Source of the DNA: Longivirga aurantiaca
GTDB taxonomy: Bacteria; Actinomycetota; Actinomycetes; S36-B12; CAIYMF01
Direction: 5' to 3'
NCBI RefSeq assembly: GCF_042660085.1
Contig: NZ_JBHSTI010000008.1
Span: 2,175,604 to 2,207,603, forward strand
Length of the DNA: 32,000 nt
The position numbers and the translations under genes were made by a program. Below are positions 1 through 10,732 of the stretch, piece after piece. The notes under the pieces are model-generated. The model was not told where the DNA came from, did no database searches, and saw only the letters and a program-made list of their open reading frames with translations. Position 1 is the stretch's first letter. Every line of letters begins with the position of its first letter.

Positions 1-51
1 TTACAGCCGTCTCCAGCCTGGCACCGCCCGTTGGCGCGTGTCCTGCCGTAC

Positions 52-672
52 TCAGGAGCGGGTGACGGCAGCCTGGAGGTTCTTCCGGTGCCGGACGACG
101 ACGAGGATCGTGAGGAGCGCGGCGAAGACGACGTCGCTCGTCGGGTCATCGAACCACAGCGCCGCCGGCACGAGCATCAGGCAGCCGGCGACCGAGGCGA
201 GGCCGATGCGCCGCGTGATCGCCCACGCGATGCCGAACACCACGAGCACCGGGACCGCCCAGATCGGCTGCACGGCGAGGATCGCGCCGAACGACGTCGC
301 GACCCCCTTGCCGCCCTTGCCGCGCAGCAGCGGCGACGTCACGTGCCCGAGGACGGCGGCGAGCCCGGCGACGAGCGCCGGCACGTGCAGCCCGAACGCC
401 TCGAACCCAACGACCACGACGTACCCCTTGAGGATGTCGAGGACGCCGACGACGACACCGACCTTCCAGCCGAAGGCGCGGCCCGCGTTGGTGGCACCCG
501 GGTTCCCCGAGCCCACCGCGGAGAGGTCGGTGCCGCGCAGGCGGGCGATGCCCGTGGCCGGGTTCAGCATCCCGACGCAGTAGCCGATCACCGCGGCGAG
601 GAGCACGAGCAGCACCTGCACCATCGTGCTGCTCGACTCCCAGATGGCGGCGAGTCCGTCGTACGTCGGCAT
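52..672 (-). CDS. plsY: Glycerol-3-phosphate acyltransferase PlsY
   Basis: The C-terminal 190-206 aa of ORF 52..1797 read as a typical PlsY: multi-TM, with motifs GSGNPGATNAGRAFG and HVTSPLLRGKGGKGVATSFG. The start is either ATG 672, which overlaps the degV stop (TGATG), or ATG 624 (MVQVLL..., GGGAG upstream). The rest of the 581-aa ORF overlaps degV in another frame and is spurious. Confidence 0.85.
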   Translation of the reverse strand: MPTYDGLAAIWESSSTMVQVLLVLLAAVIGYCVGMLNPATGIARLRGTDLSAVGSGNPGATNAGRAFGWKVGVVVGVLDILKGYVVVVGFEAFGLHVPALVAGLAAVLGHVTSPLLRGKGGKGVATSFGAILAVQPIWAVPVLVVFGIAWAITRRIGLASVAGCLMLVPAALWFDDPTSDVVFAALLTILVVVRHRKNLQAAVTRS

Positions 673-1520
673 CACGCCACGGGCCGCGGCGACACCGCGA
701 CGGCGACCATGCCCGGGCCGACGTGCGCGCCCACGACGGCGCCGACCTCGCTCACGAGGACGACCGAGTCGTCGAGGCGCGCGTGCAGCTTGGCTGCGAG
801 GGCGCTCGCACGCTCCGCGGCGTCGAGGTGGTGGACGGCGATGTCGCACGGACGGCCGTCCGCGCGCTCGACCACGATCTCCTCGAGCCGCGCGAGGGCG
901 CGGGACGACGTGCGCACCTTCTCCAGCGGGGCGACGCGACCGTCGATCAGCTCGAGGATCGGCTTGACCGCGAGCGCCTGGCCGAGCAGCGCCTGGGCGG
1001 CGCCGATGCGGCCGCCGCGGCGCAGGTAGTCGAGGGTGTCGACGTAGAACAGCGCGGACGACGCTCCAACCCGCGCGCGGACGACGTCGGCCACCTCCTG
1101 CAGCGAGCCGCCCGCCCCGGCTGCGCGCGCGCCGTCGAGCACGCCGAAGCCCATCGCCATCGCGACCGTGCGCGAGTCGACGACCTCGACCGGCACAGGG
1201 GCGTCGCGGGCGGCGAGCGTCGCCGAGTCGACCGTGCCGCTCATGTCCCCGGACAGGTGCACCGACACGATGCCGTCGGCACCGGCTGCCGCAGCAGCGG
1301 CGTACGCCTGGGCGAACCGCTCGGGCGAGGGCCGAGACGTGGTCACCACGCCCCAGCGCCGCAGCGCCGCGGCCACCTCGGTCGGCGTGATCTCCGTGCC
1401 CTCGTCGTACGCCGTGCCGTCGACGACGACCTGCACCGGCACGACCGTGATGCCGTGCGACGCGACGAGGTCGGCGGGCAGGTAGGCGGTCGAGTCGGTG
1501 ACGACCGCGACCCTGCCCAT
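672..1520 (-). CDS. DegV family fatty-acid-binding protein
   Basis: The 282-aa protein has the DegV hallmark N-terminus VAVVTDSTAYLP and a typical length. It starts 9 nt after the leuS stop and overlaps the plsY start, so the three genes read as an operon. Confidence 0.9.
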   Translation of the reverse strand: MGRVAVVTDSTAYLPADLVASHGITVVPVQVVVDGTAYDEGTEITPTEVAAALRRWGVVTTSRPSPERFAQAYAAAAAAGADGIVSVHLSGDMSGTVDSATLAARDAPVPVEVVDSRTVAMAMGFGVLDGARAAGAGGSLQEVADVVRARVGASSALFYVDTLDYLRRGGRIGAAQALLGQALAVKPILELIDGRVAPLEKVRTSSRALARLEEIVVERADGRPCDIAVHHLDAAERASALAAKLHARLDDSVVLVSEVGAVVGAHVGPGMVAVAVSPRPVA

Positions 1521-1529
1521 GCGCCGACC

Positions 1530-4022
<2,493 letters not shown>

Positions 4023-4224
4023 CGATGTCTCTCGTCAGCTCGTCATGGCCCCGGACAAGGAAAGACCCCTCACGCAGGAGGGGTCAGCCGCACCGGTGCC
4101 GCCGGCGGGGATGCCTAGCGGCTGTCGTTCCGGTGCGGCCCCGTAAGCAGGAGGCCGTTTCGCACCCGCTCAGGATAGCCGAGCCGGGCGTGCCTCCTCG
4201 CGCAGGATGGCCGCCGTGGCCAGG
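4023..4224 (-). promoter_or_regulatory. Structured ~200-nt leader upstream of leuS (candidate attenuator)
   Basis: Three consecutive hairpins form on the minus-strand RNA: A (4149-4198, AGGAGGC/GCCUCCU stem), B (10-bp stem 4087-4096/4130-4139) and C (4064-4085, followed by a U-rich tail). The 8-mer CCUCCUGC occurs twice in the RNA (4147-4154 and 4074-4081). The second copy lies inside hairpin C, so one upstream GAGGAGG (4193-4199) could pair with either copy. Confidence 0.4.
4055..4085 (-). terminator. Intrinsic-terminator-like hairpin with U-rich tail
   Basis: The minus-strand RNA reads GACCCCUC-CUGCGU-GAGGGGUC followed by UUUCCUUGU: a perfect 8-bp GC-rich stem, a 6-nt loop and a U-rich tail. 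It sits 140 nt after the methyltransferase stop and only about 40 nt before the leuS ATG. Confidence 0.5.
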
Positions 4225-4842
4225 TCAGGACCTCGACCTACGGCGGAGCACGGCGACCACGAAGTCGGCGTCGTCGCGCCAGGGCCGCAGGTCCCACGTG
4301 GAGAACAGGTGCTCGACGTCGAACCCGGCGGTCGCAGCATCGTCCGCGAGGTGATCGGGCTCGTAGCCGCGACCGGTGGCGAAGCCGAGCACCGCGGGGC
4401 CGTCGTCGACCAGGTGCGCGGCGAGGCGCTCGAGCACGGCGCCCTCGGTGCCGGGTGCGACGAACACCATGACGTTGCCGGCCACGACCGCGCCGTGGAA
4501 CGGCTCGGTGTGGCCCTCGGCCGCGAGGTCGAGCTCGGTCAGGTCGGCCACGTGCCACGCGGGCCCGGCGTGGTCCTCGCGGGCGGCGGCGACGAGCACG
4601 GGGTCGGCGTCCACCCCGACGACCTCGTGGCCGCGGCGATGCAGCTCGGCGCCCACGCGCCCGGTGCCGCAGCCGGCGTCGAGCACCCGCGACCCCGGCG
4701 GCACGAGCGCGTCCAGGAGCCTCGCCTCGCCCGAGATATCGCGCCCCTCGGCGGCGTACGCGCGGAACGTGGCGACGTACTGCGCTGAGTGCTCGTCCGG
4801 TGTCTCGGTCGCCCAGCGGGTCGGCTCAGCCATGCGCTGCAC
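4225..4842 (-). CDS. Class I SAM-dependent methyltransferase
   Basis: 205 aa with the SAM-binding motif I VLDAGCGTGRVG and an acidic post-I residue (VVGVDAD). The GTG start lies 1 nt after the anSME stop; an alternative ATG is at 4833. It appears co-transcribed with the sulfatase and anSME. Confidence 0.8.
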   Translation of the reverse strand: MQRMAEPTRWATETPDEHSAQYVATFRAYAAEGRDISGEARLLDALVPPGSRVLDAGCGTGRVGAELHRRGHEVVGVDADPVLVAAAREDHAGPAWHVADLTELDLAAEGHTEPFHGAVVAGNVMVFVAPGTEGAVLERLAAHLVDDGPAVLGFATGRGYEPDHLADDAATAGFDVEHLFSTWDLRPWRDDADFVVAVLRRRSRS

Positions 4843-4843
4843 G

Positions 4844-6112
4844 CTACCCGCGGGCGTCCCGGGCGGCGTACCAGCCGCGAAGACCCGTGGCGTCCTGCCC
4901 GTTGCGCAGCAGCGCGGCCATGACCTGCATGGGCTCGTCGACGTGCCGGAAGAACCGCTGGTAGCCCTCGCACAGGTAGTGCAGGCCCGGCTCGCCGTCC
5001 GGCGTCGTGAGGAACCGGTCCTTCGGGCAGCCGCCGTTGCAGGCGAACCGCACGTCGCAGGAGCGGCAGTACGCCGGCAGCGTGTCGAGCTTGGCGCGGC
5101 CGAACGCCTTCTGCTGCGGCGAGTCGACCATCTGCAGAAGCGTCCTGCCCTCGGCGATGTTGCCGAGCTTGTGCGCGGGCTCGACGTAGTGGTCGCAGGA
5201 GTAGAGGTCGCCGTTGTGCTCGAGCGCGAGCGCCTCGCCGCAGACCTGCGCGTGCACGCAGGCGCCGGTCTGGTGCATGCCGAGCCAGTGCGCGAGCGCG
5301 GTGTCGAAGACGGGCACGAAGACGTCGCCGACGTCCTTGCGCGCCCACTCGTCGAAGACCTCGACGAGGAACTGGCCGTACTGCGCGGCGCCGACCGACC
5401 GGGTCGTGACGAGGTCGCCCTCCTGCTTGTACAGCGGCCGGTCGCGCGCCCGCGAGCCCCAGCCCGCCTCCGCCAGGGGCAGCAGCTCCGGCGTCACCCG
5501 CTCGACGATGGGGATGAGCTGGATGTACTGCGCGCCCAGCTCGTCGCGCAGGAAGCGGTAGACCTCGAGCCCGTGGTCGGCGTTCGCGGCGTTGATGGTC
5601 GTGAGCGCGTTCCACTCGACGCCGTGCTTCTGCAGGGTGCGTAGCCCCGCGATCACCCGGTCGTACGTCGGCTTCCCGCCCTTGTCGACGCGGTAGGCGT
5701 CGTGCATCTCGCGCGGTCCGTCGATCGACACCCCGACGAGGAACCCCTGCTCGGCGAAGAACGCGGCCATCTCGTCGTCGACGAGGGTGGCGTTGGTCTG
5801 CACCGTGTTGAGCACGTGCTGGCCCGGCACGGCGTACCGGCGCTCGAGCTCGACGACCCGACGGAAGAAGTCGGTGCCCATGAGCGTGGGCTCGCCGCCC
5901 TGGAACGCGACCACGACCTCGTCAGCACCCCGGTGCGCGGCGAGCAGCTGCGTGACGTAGGCCTCGAGCACCTCGTCGGGCATCCGGAACTCGCTTCCGG
6001 GGTACAGCGACTCCTTGGACAGGAAGAAGCAGTAGTCGCAGTCGAGGTTGCAGATCGCGCCCGTCGGCTTGCTCATCACGTGGAAGACACGCGGAGCCTG
6101 CGGACCGGTCAT
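4844..6112 (-). CDS. Anaerobic sulfatase-maturating enzyme (radical SAM/SPASM, AslB/AtsB/ChuR family)
   Basis: 422 aa. The radical-SAM motif is CNLDCDYC, followed by GGEPTL. Auxiliary-cluster cysteines are GACVHAQVC...SCDHY, YCRSCDVRFACNGGCPKDR and LHYLCEGY. A strong SD (GGGGAGGGGGG) precedes the ATG, which lies 40 nt downstream of the sulfatase stop. Confidence 0.9.
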   Translation of the reverse strand: MTGPQAPRVFHVMSKPTGAICNLDCDYCFFLSKESLYPGSEFRMPDEVLEAYVTQLLAAHRGADEVVVAFQGGEPTLMGTDFFRRVVELERRYAVPGQHVLNTVQTNATLVDDEMAAFFAEQGFLVGVSIDGPREMHDAYRVDKGGKPTYDRVIAGLRTLQKHGVEWNALTTINAANADHGLEVYRFLRDELGAQYIQLIPIVERVTPELLPLAEAGWGSRARDRPLYKQEGDLVTTRSVGAAQYGQFLVEVFDEWARKDVGDVFVPVFDTALAHWLGMHQTGACVHAQVCGEALALEHNGDLYSCDHYVEPAHKLGNIAEGRTLLQMVDSPQQKAFGRAKLDTLPAYCRSCDVRFACNGGCPKDRFLTTPDGEPGLHYLCEGYQRFFRHVDEPMQVMAALLRNGQDATGLRGWYAARDARG

Positions 6113-6152
6113 CGACCCCCCTCCCCTGCGGGCAGCGCCCGGCGTCCGTCGC

Positions 6153-8504
6153 TCAGTCGAGCATGAACCACCCTCTCACCTCGGCCTCGTGGTCTCGGTA
6201 CGGCGTACCGCTGAGGTCGATGACCACGCGGTCGATCGTGCCGCCGGTGAACCGGAACGGTGCGACGTACGCGCGGGTCACCGGGGATCCGTCGTCGCGG
6301 CCGACGCAGTGCCCGTCCCCCGTCGCGTTGAAGAAGCCCGGCTGTGTCACGAGCGGTGACGTGCCGACCTCCTCGCCGTCGACGTACAGCCGCAGCGTCC
6401 CGGCCGCGCCGGGGCGCGGTGGGGCGCTCTTGCCCTCGGCACTGAACTCGGCGGTGAAGACGTGCGCCCCCGGCGTGATCGCGCGATCGGCCACCACCGT
6501 GGTCGTCTCTATGTCCAGCCAGTTGTAGGCGTAGGCCAGGCGGCCGCCCTGCACGTAGAGGCTGTGGCCCCCGGACACCCCGCCGTGGGCGTAGAGCACG
6601 CCCTCGGCGTCCGCGGATTCGAGCGTCACGCCGGCAGACACCGTGTACGAACGGCCGGGCAACCGGGGACCCGACAGCTCGGGCACCGGCGCCGTGTCCG
6701 GGTAGAACACGTAGCGGTCGCGCGGGGGCGCGCCCGACGGCCGCGGCGACAGCGTCTGCTCGAGCGCGTTGCGGTCGTCGAGGGGCAGGCCGTGGTACTG
6801 GTCGGCGAGCTCGAACCACCGTGCGACGAGCTCCTGAACCTTCTCCGGGTGCTCGGCCGCGACGTTGCGGGCCTGCGCCCGGTCCTCCGCGACGTGGTAG
6901 AGCTCCCACTCGTCTTCCTCGAACTTGCCCCAGCCCGACAGCGGCGGGTGCAGGGTGCACGCCAGCCAGCCGTCCTCGTAGACCGAGCGCTGGCCGAGCA
7001 TGGCGTAGAACTGCGTCGACTTCGCCGGCGCTGCCGGGTCGGTGAGCGCTGCGGCGAAGCTCTCGCCCTCGAGGGGCGACTGCGTGTACCCGGCCACCTC
7101 CGCCGGCGGCTCGAGCCCGATGAGGTCGTAGATCGTGGGGACGACGTCGACCGCGTGGACGTACTGCTGGCGCGGCACGGAGTCGGCGGGGATCCGCGCG
7201 GGCCAGGACACGATGCACATGTCGGCGATGCCGCCCTCGTACCCCGCCCACCGCTTCCAGTAGGGGAACGGGGTGTCGAAGGCCCAGGCCCATCCGGTGT
7301 TGTAGTGGTTGTGCGTCTCCGGGCCGCCGAGCTCGTCGATGTGCTGCAGCGACAGCTCGGTCGGCGTGGCGACGCCGTTGAAGAACTGCCACTCGTTGTA
7401 CGTCCCGTTGGGGCCGCCCTCGCCGCTGGCGCCGTTGTCGCTGACCACGACGACGATCGTGTTGTCGAGCTGCCCGCTCTCCTCGAGGAAGTCCAGCAGA
7501 CGGCCGACCTGGCTGTCGGTGTACTCGACGTAGCCCGCGAAGACCTCGGCCATGCGGACGAAGAGGCGCTTCTCGTCGTCGCTCAGGGTCGCCCACGGGC
7601 GGACGGTGTCGAGGAGCGGCCAGGGCTGCCCGTCGGGGCCGGTCCGCATCGGCTCGCCGTGCGGGTTGATGGGCGAGAGCTCGGTGCCCTCAGGAAGGAG
7701 CCCCAGCTCGACCTGGCGGGCGAGGATCCCCTCGCGGATGGCCTCGTAGCCCTCGTCGAAGACGCCCTTGTAGCGGTCCGCCCACTCCGGCCACACGTGG
7801 TGCGGGGCGTGCGCCGCGTCCAGCGAGAAGTACAGGAACCAGGGCTTGTCCGGGTCGATGGTGGTGGAGTCCTTGATGAACTCGATCGACCTGTCGGTGA
7901 GGTCCCAGGCGATGTGATAGCCCTCGGCCGGCGTCGACGGCGGCTCGACCGGGTGGTTGTCGTGCACGAGGTCGGGGAACCAGCTGCTCGCCTCACCGCC
8001 GAGGAAGCCGTAGAAGCGCTCGAACCCGCGGCCCAGGGGCCAGCGGCGCTTCCACGCGCTCATACCCGTCTCCTCGCCGGGGGTCAGGTGCCACTTGCCC
8101 ACGCAGTACGTGTTGTAGCCCTGCTCGACGAGCACCTCGGAGATGAGCCCGTTCTCGAACGGGATGCGTGTGGAGATGCCGGGGAATCCGGAGCTGAACT
8201 CGGCGATGGTCGCCATGCCGTTGCTCGTGGCGTTGCGGCCCGTGAGCAGGGAGGCTCGCGTCGGCGAGCACAGGGCGGTCGTGTGGAAGTTGGCGAGCTT
8301 CACGCCCCGCTCTGCGATGCGGGTCATCGCCGGGGTGCGCACGGGGCCGCCGAAGGACTCCATCGTCCCGTAGCCCACGTCGTCCCAGCAGATGACCAGG
8401 ACGTTGGGCGAACCCTTCGGCGCCTGCGGCGCCAGGAACGGGGCCCAGTCCGGCTCGGCGTCCCTGATGTCGAGAGCGACCTTCCCCTTCCACTCCACGG
8501 CCAT
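6153..8504 (-). CDS. Arylsulfatase, large AtsA-like type, Cys-type (formylglycine) active site
   Basis: Sulfatase signatures are NVLVICWDDVGYG, the formylglycine motif CSPTRASLLTGR, GKWHL and VVVSDNGASGEGG. A C-terminal extra domain is present. ATG 8504 (MAVEWKG) is preferred because GGAAGGGGA lies 6 nt upstream; the ORF-track start at 8555 adds an Arg-rich 17 aa. No signal peptide is visible. Confidence 0.9.
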   Translation of the reverse strand: MAVEWKGKVALDIRDAEPDWAPFLAPQAPKGSPNVLVICWDDVGYGTMESFGGPVRTPAMTRIAERGVKLANFHTTALCSPTRASLLTGRNATSNGMATIAEFSSGFPGISTRIPFENGLISEVLVEQGYNTYCVGKWHLTPGEETGMSAWKRRWPLGRGFERFYGFLGGEASSWFPDLVHDNHPVEPPSTPAEGYHIAWDLTDRSIEFIKDSTTIDPDKPWFLYFSLDAAHAPHHVWPEWADRYKGVFDEGYEAIREGILARQVELGLLPEGTELSPINPHGEPMRTGPDGQPWPLLDTVRPWATLSDDEKRLFVRMAEVFAGYVEYTDSQVGRLLDFLEESGQLDNTIVVVVSDNGASGEGGPNGTYNEWQFFNGVATPTELSLQHIDELGGPETHNHYNTGWAWAFDTPFPYWKRWAGYEGGIADMCIVSWPARIPADSVPRQQYVHAVDVVPTIYDLIGLEPPAEVAGYTQSPLEGESFAAALTDPAAPAKSTQFYAMLGQRSVYEDGWLACTLHPPLSGWGKFEEDEWELYHVAEDRAQARNVAAEHPEKVQELVARWFELADQYHGLPLDDRNALEQTLSPRPSGAPPRDRYVFYPDTAPVPELSGPRLPGRSYTVSAGVTLESADAEGVLYAHGGVSGGHSLYVQGGRLAYAYNWLDIETTTVVADRAITPGAHVFTAEFSAEGKSAPPRPGAAGTLRLYVDGEEVGTSPLVTQPGFFNATGDGHCVGRDDGSPVTRAYVAPFRFTGGTIDRVVIDLSGTPYRDHEAEVRGWFMLD

Positions 8505-8637
8505 CGTGCATCCCCTTCCAGGTCCCCGGCGCGGAATCGCCCTGCCGCGCACCACCGCCTCGCCGAAGGCGCGCAGATAGCCCGAACCTAGCCACCGCCC
8601 GGCAGCGAAGGGCCGTCAACGGGAAGATCCGCGGCGA

Positions 8638-9369
8638 TCAGGCCCAGCGCGCGGCGAGCTCCGCCGCGAGCGCGCGGCCGATGGCGTCGTGGACCTCCCA
8701 GCCCCAGTGCATGCCGTCAGGGTTGCCGGTGCCCGCTGCCAGGGACGGCGCCACGATCGCGTCGAGCTCGACGAGGCCGGTGCCGTGGGCGGCCGACCAC
8801 CGACGGGCGGCCGAGACCGCCGGGTCGTGCTGGCGGTGCGAGGGGTACGACGGCGCCGCGTGCGGCGACGGCCCGAGCAGCACGACCGGGATGTCGGGCC
8901 GGTAGTGGTGCACGCCGTCGACGATGCGCCCGAGGTAGTGGTCGGTCGCGGCCTGCGGCAGCTGCCGAAGGCGTCCGTCGGTCGCGCGGATCACCCACGG
9001 CGCCGCCGCGTTGTACGCCGTACGCACCCGCCGGCGCAGCGATCCCGGGCGCACGAACGGGATGCCCTCGCGGAGGTACGTCGGCAGCGCCGCCGGGAGG
9101 TGGTCCATCTGCCCGACGCCGAGCACGAGCGCGTCGGCGCGTGGCATGAGCTCGCCCCAGGTGTTCGGGTCCTTGGTCAGCGACCACCACGCGTCGCGCG
9201 CCGTCCAGCCCAGGCGGGCCACGAGATCGGCGCGCACGTCCTCGCGGAGAGCCTCGGTGAGCGCAGCTGCCATCACCTGCGGGTACAGCCGCGGGTCGCT
9301 CGGCCGGTGCGCCTGGTCGGGGCCGTGGAACGCCAGCGAGTCGCCGAACACCAGGACGTGCCGCATCAT
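8638..9369 (-). CDS. SGNH/GDSL-family hydrolase
   Basis: 243 aa with block I VLVFGDSLA and block V NPDGMHW (DxxH). The start lies 4 nt after the stop of the upstream aminotransferase-fold gene. Confidence 0.8.
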   Translation of the reverse strand: MMRHVLVFGDSLAFHGPDQAHRPSDPRLYPQVMAAALTEALREDVRADLVARLGWTARDAWWSLTKDPNTWGELMPRADALVLGVGQMDHLPAALPTYLREGIPFVRPGSLRRRVRTAYNAAAPWVIRATDGRLRQLPQAATDHYLGRIVDGVHHYRPDIPVVLLGPSPHAAPSYPSHRQHDPAVSAARRWSAAHGTGLVELDAIVAPSLAAGTGNPDGMHWGWEVHDAIGRALAAELAARWA

Positions 9370-9373
9370 CGGC

Positions 9374-10732
9374 TCACTGGCCCAGCTCGGTGAGCACGGC
9401 GTCGAGCTCGGTCACGAAGCGGTCGGCGTCCTCGATCGAGAAGCAGAGCGGCGGCCGGATCTTCAACGCGTCGTTGTAGATGCCGGCGGTGCCGACGAGC
9501 ACGTGGTGCTCCTTCAGCCCGTTGACGACGGCGAGCGTGAGATCCTCGGCCGCAGCGTACGACTCGAGGCCGAACTCGAGCGCGACGAACAGTCCGGCAC
9601 CGCGGACGTCGCTGATGGCGAGGTGCTGCGACTGCAGCGCGCGCAAGGACTCCTGCAGGTGCGCGCCGACGACGCGCGCGTTGTCCTGCAGCCCCTCGTC
9701 GCGCACGATGTCGAGCACCGCCTGCGCGGCGGCGATGGCGACGGCGTTGCCGCCGAAGGTGTTGAAGTAGCGCATGTCACGGCCGAACTCGGCGACGACC
9801 TCGGGGGTCAGCACGGTGGCCGCGACCGGGAACCCGTTCCCCATCGGCTTGCCGATCGTCATGACGTCCGGCACGAACGGCGAGGCGGCGGTCCCGTGCC
9901 GCTCGAAGCCCCACATCGCATCGCCCGTGCGGCCGAACCCCGGCTGCACCTCGTCGGCGAGGTAGACGCCGCCCGCGGCCGCGACGACGGCGCGCGCCGG
10001 CGCGAGGAAGCCGACGGGGTCGGCGAGCACGCCGTCCGAGGCGAAGATCGAGTCGGCGACGAACGCGGCGAACCGCACCCCGTTCGCCGCGAGGTCGTCG
10101 ATTCCCGCCTGCACCTGCGCGGCGAACCACTCCCCCAGTGACGCGTAGCCCGACCAGTCGACGCGGCGCGGGTCCGGCGCCGGCACCCACCGCACCCAGT
10201 CCGGCAGCGCATCGACCCCCACGAGCGACGGCGAGATCGACGCGATCTCGGTCGAGACGCCGTGGTACGCGTTGCGCGTCACGATCACGCCCGTGCCGCC
10301 CGTGTGCTTCTTGGCGATCCGCAGGGCGAGGTCGTTCGCCTCGGAGCCGGTGCACGTGAAGACCACGTGCCCGAGCTCGTCGGGCAGCGTCGAGAGCAGG
10401 TCCTCGGCGTAGCGCACGATCGACTCGTGGAGGTAGCGCGTGTGGGTGCTCAGCACGGCGGCCTGCTCGGCGATCGCAGCAGTCACCCGCGGATGCGCGT
10501 GCCCGACCGAGGGCACGTTGTTGTACGTGTCGAGGTACTCCACGCCGTCGACGTCGTACAGCTTCGTGCCCGAGCCGCGCACGATGTGCAGCGGCCGGCG
10601 GTAGAAGAGCCGGTACGACGGGCCGAGCGCGTCGATGCGGCGGCGCACGAGATCACCGGTGACCGGGTCGAGCCGGTCGACGTCCTTCGGATCGAAGTAG
10701 GACGAGGGGCCGATCGTCCTGGGCTCGCTCAT
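9374..10732 (-). CDS. Class-III aminotransferase-fold PLP enzyme (possible amino-alcohol phosphate phospho-lyase)
   Basis: 452 aa from ATG 10732 (MSEPRTIG). Motifs are TGSEANDLALR, DEVQPGFGRTG and the PLP-lysine context TIGKPMGNGFP. The ATG overlaps the kinase TGA (ATGA). The 81-aa upstream extension in the ORF track is Arg/Pro-rich and overlaps the kinase gene. Confidence 0.9.
   Translation of the reverse strand: MSEPRTIGPSSYFDPKDVDRLDPVTGDLVRRRIDALGPSYRLFYRRPLHIVRGSGTKLYDVDGVEYLDTYNNVPSVGHAHPRVTAAIAEQAAVLSTHTRYLHESIVRYAEDLLSTLPDELGHVVFTCTGSEANDLALRIAKKHTGGTGVIVTRNAYHGVSTEIASISPSLVGVDALPDWVRWVPAPDPRRVDWSGYASLGEWFAAQVQAGIDDLAANGVRFAAFVADSIFASDGVLADPVGFLAPARAVVAAAGGVYLADEVQPGFGRTGDAMWGFERHGTAASPFVPDVMTIGKPMGNGFPVAATVLTPEVVAEFGRDMRYFNTFGGNAVAIAAAQAVLDIVRDEGLQDNARVVGAHLQESLRALQSQHLAISDVRGAGLFVALEFGLESYAAAEDLTLAVVNGLKEHHVLVGTAGIYNDALKIRPPLCFSIEDADRFVTELDAVLTELGQ

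Noticed and set aside
4088-4103. A T-box-like element in the leuS leader: the RNA GGCGGCACCGGUGCGG resembles the GGUGGUACCGCG core.
   Set aside because: The two U residues of the UGGN tRNA-acceptor-binding tetrad are C here. I could not identify a specifier loop with a Leu codon, a stem I, or a K-turn. The resemblance is probably GC-rich coincidence. The leader is reported only as an unclassified structured element.
6462-8591. A 709-aa plus-strand ORF. Similar giants were seen at 17191-20013(-), 15008-17122(-), 24190-26199(+), 24380-26341(-), 26940-29717(-), 27311-29728(+), 6109-7596(-) and 2059-3948(-).
   Set aside because: All are alternative-frame or antisense shadows of recognisable genes (sulfatases, SulP, LCP-like, proA, antiporter, leuS). 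Their composition is Arg/Pro/Gly-dominated and they carry no motifs.
8505-8637. A candidate promoter for the sulfatase operon, with TTGACG and TAGGTT hexamers on the minus strand.
   Set aside because: The spacer between the hexamers is about 23 nt, too long for a sigma-70-type promoter. No alternative pair was convincing.
8638-9369. Assigning the 243-aa SGNH hydrolase as the ortholog of the mycobacterial octanoyltransferase OctT, which neighbours gpgP and degV in M. tuberculosis.
   Set aside because: Here it is translationally linked to the kinase/PLP pair and lies 14 kb from the gpgP-like gene. Without an alignment, SGNH membership alone cannot support that specific function.
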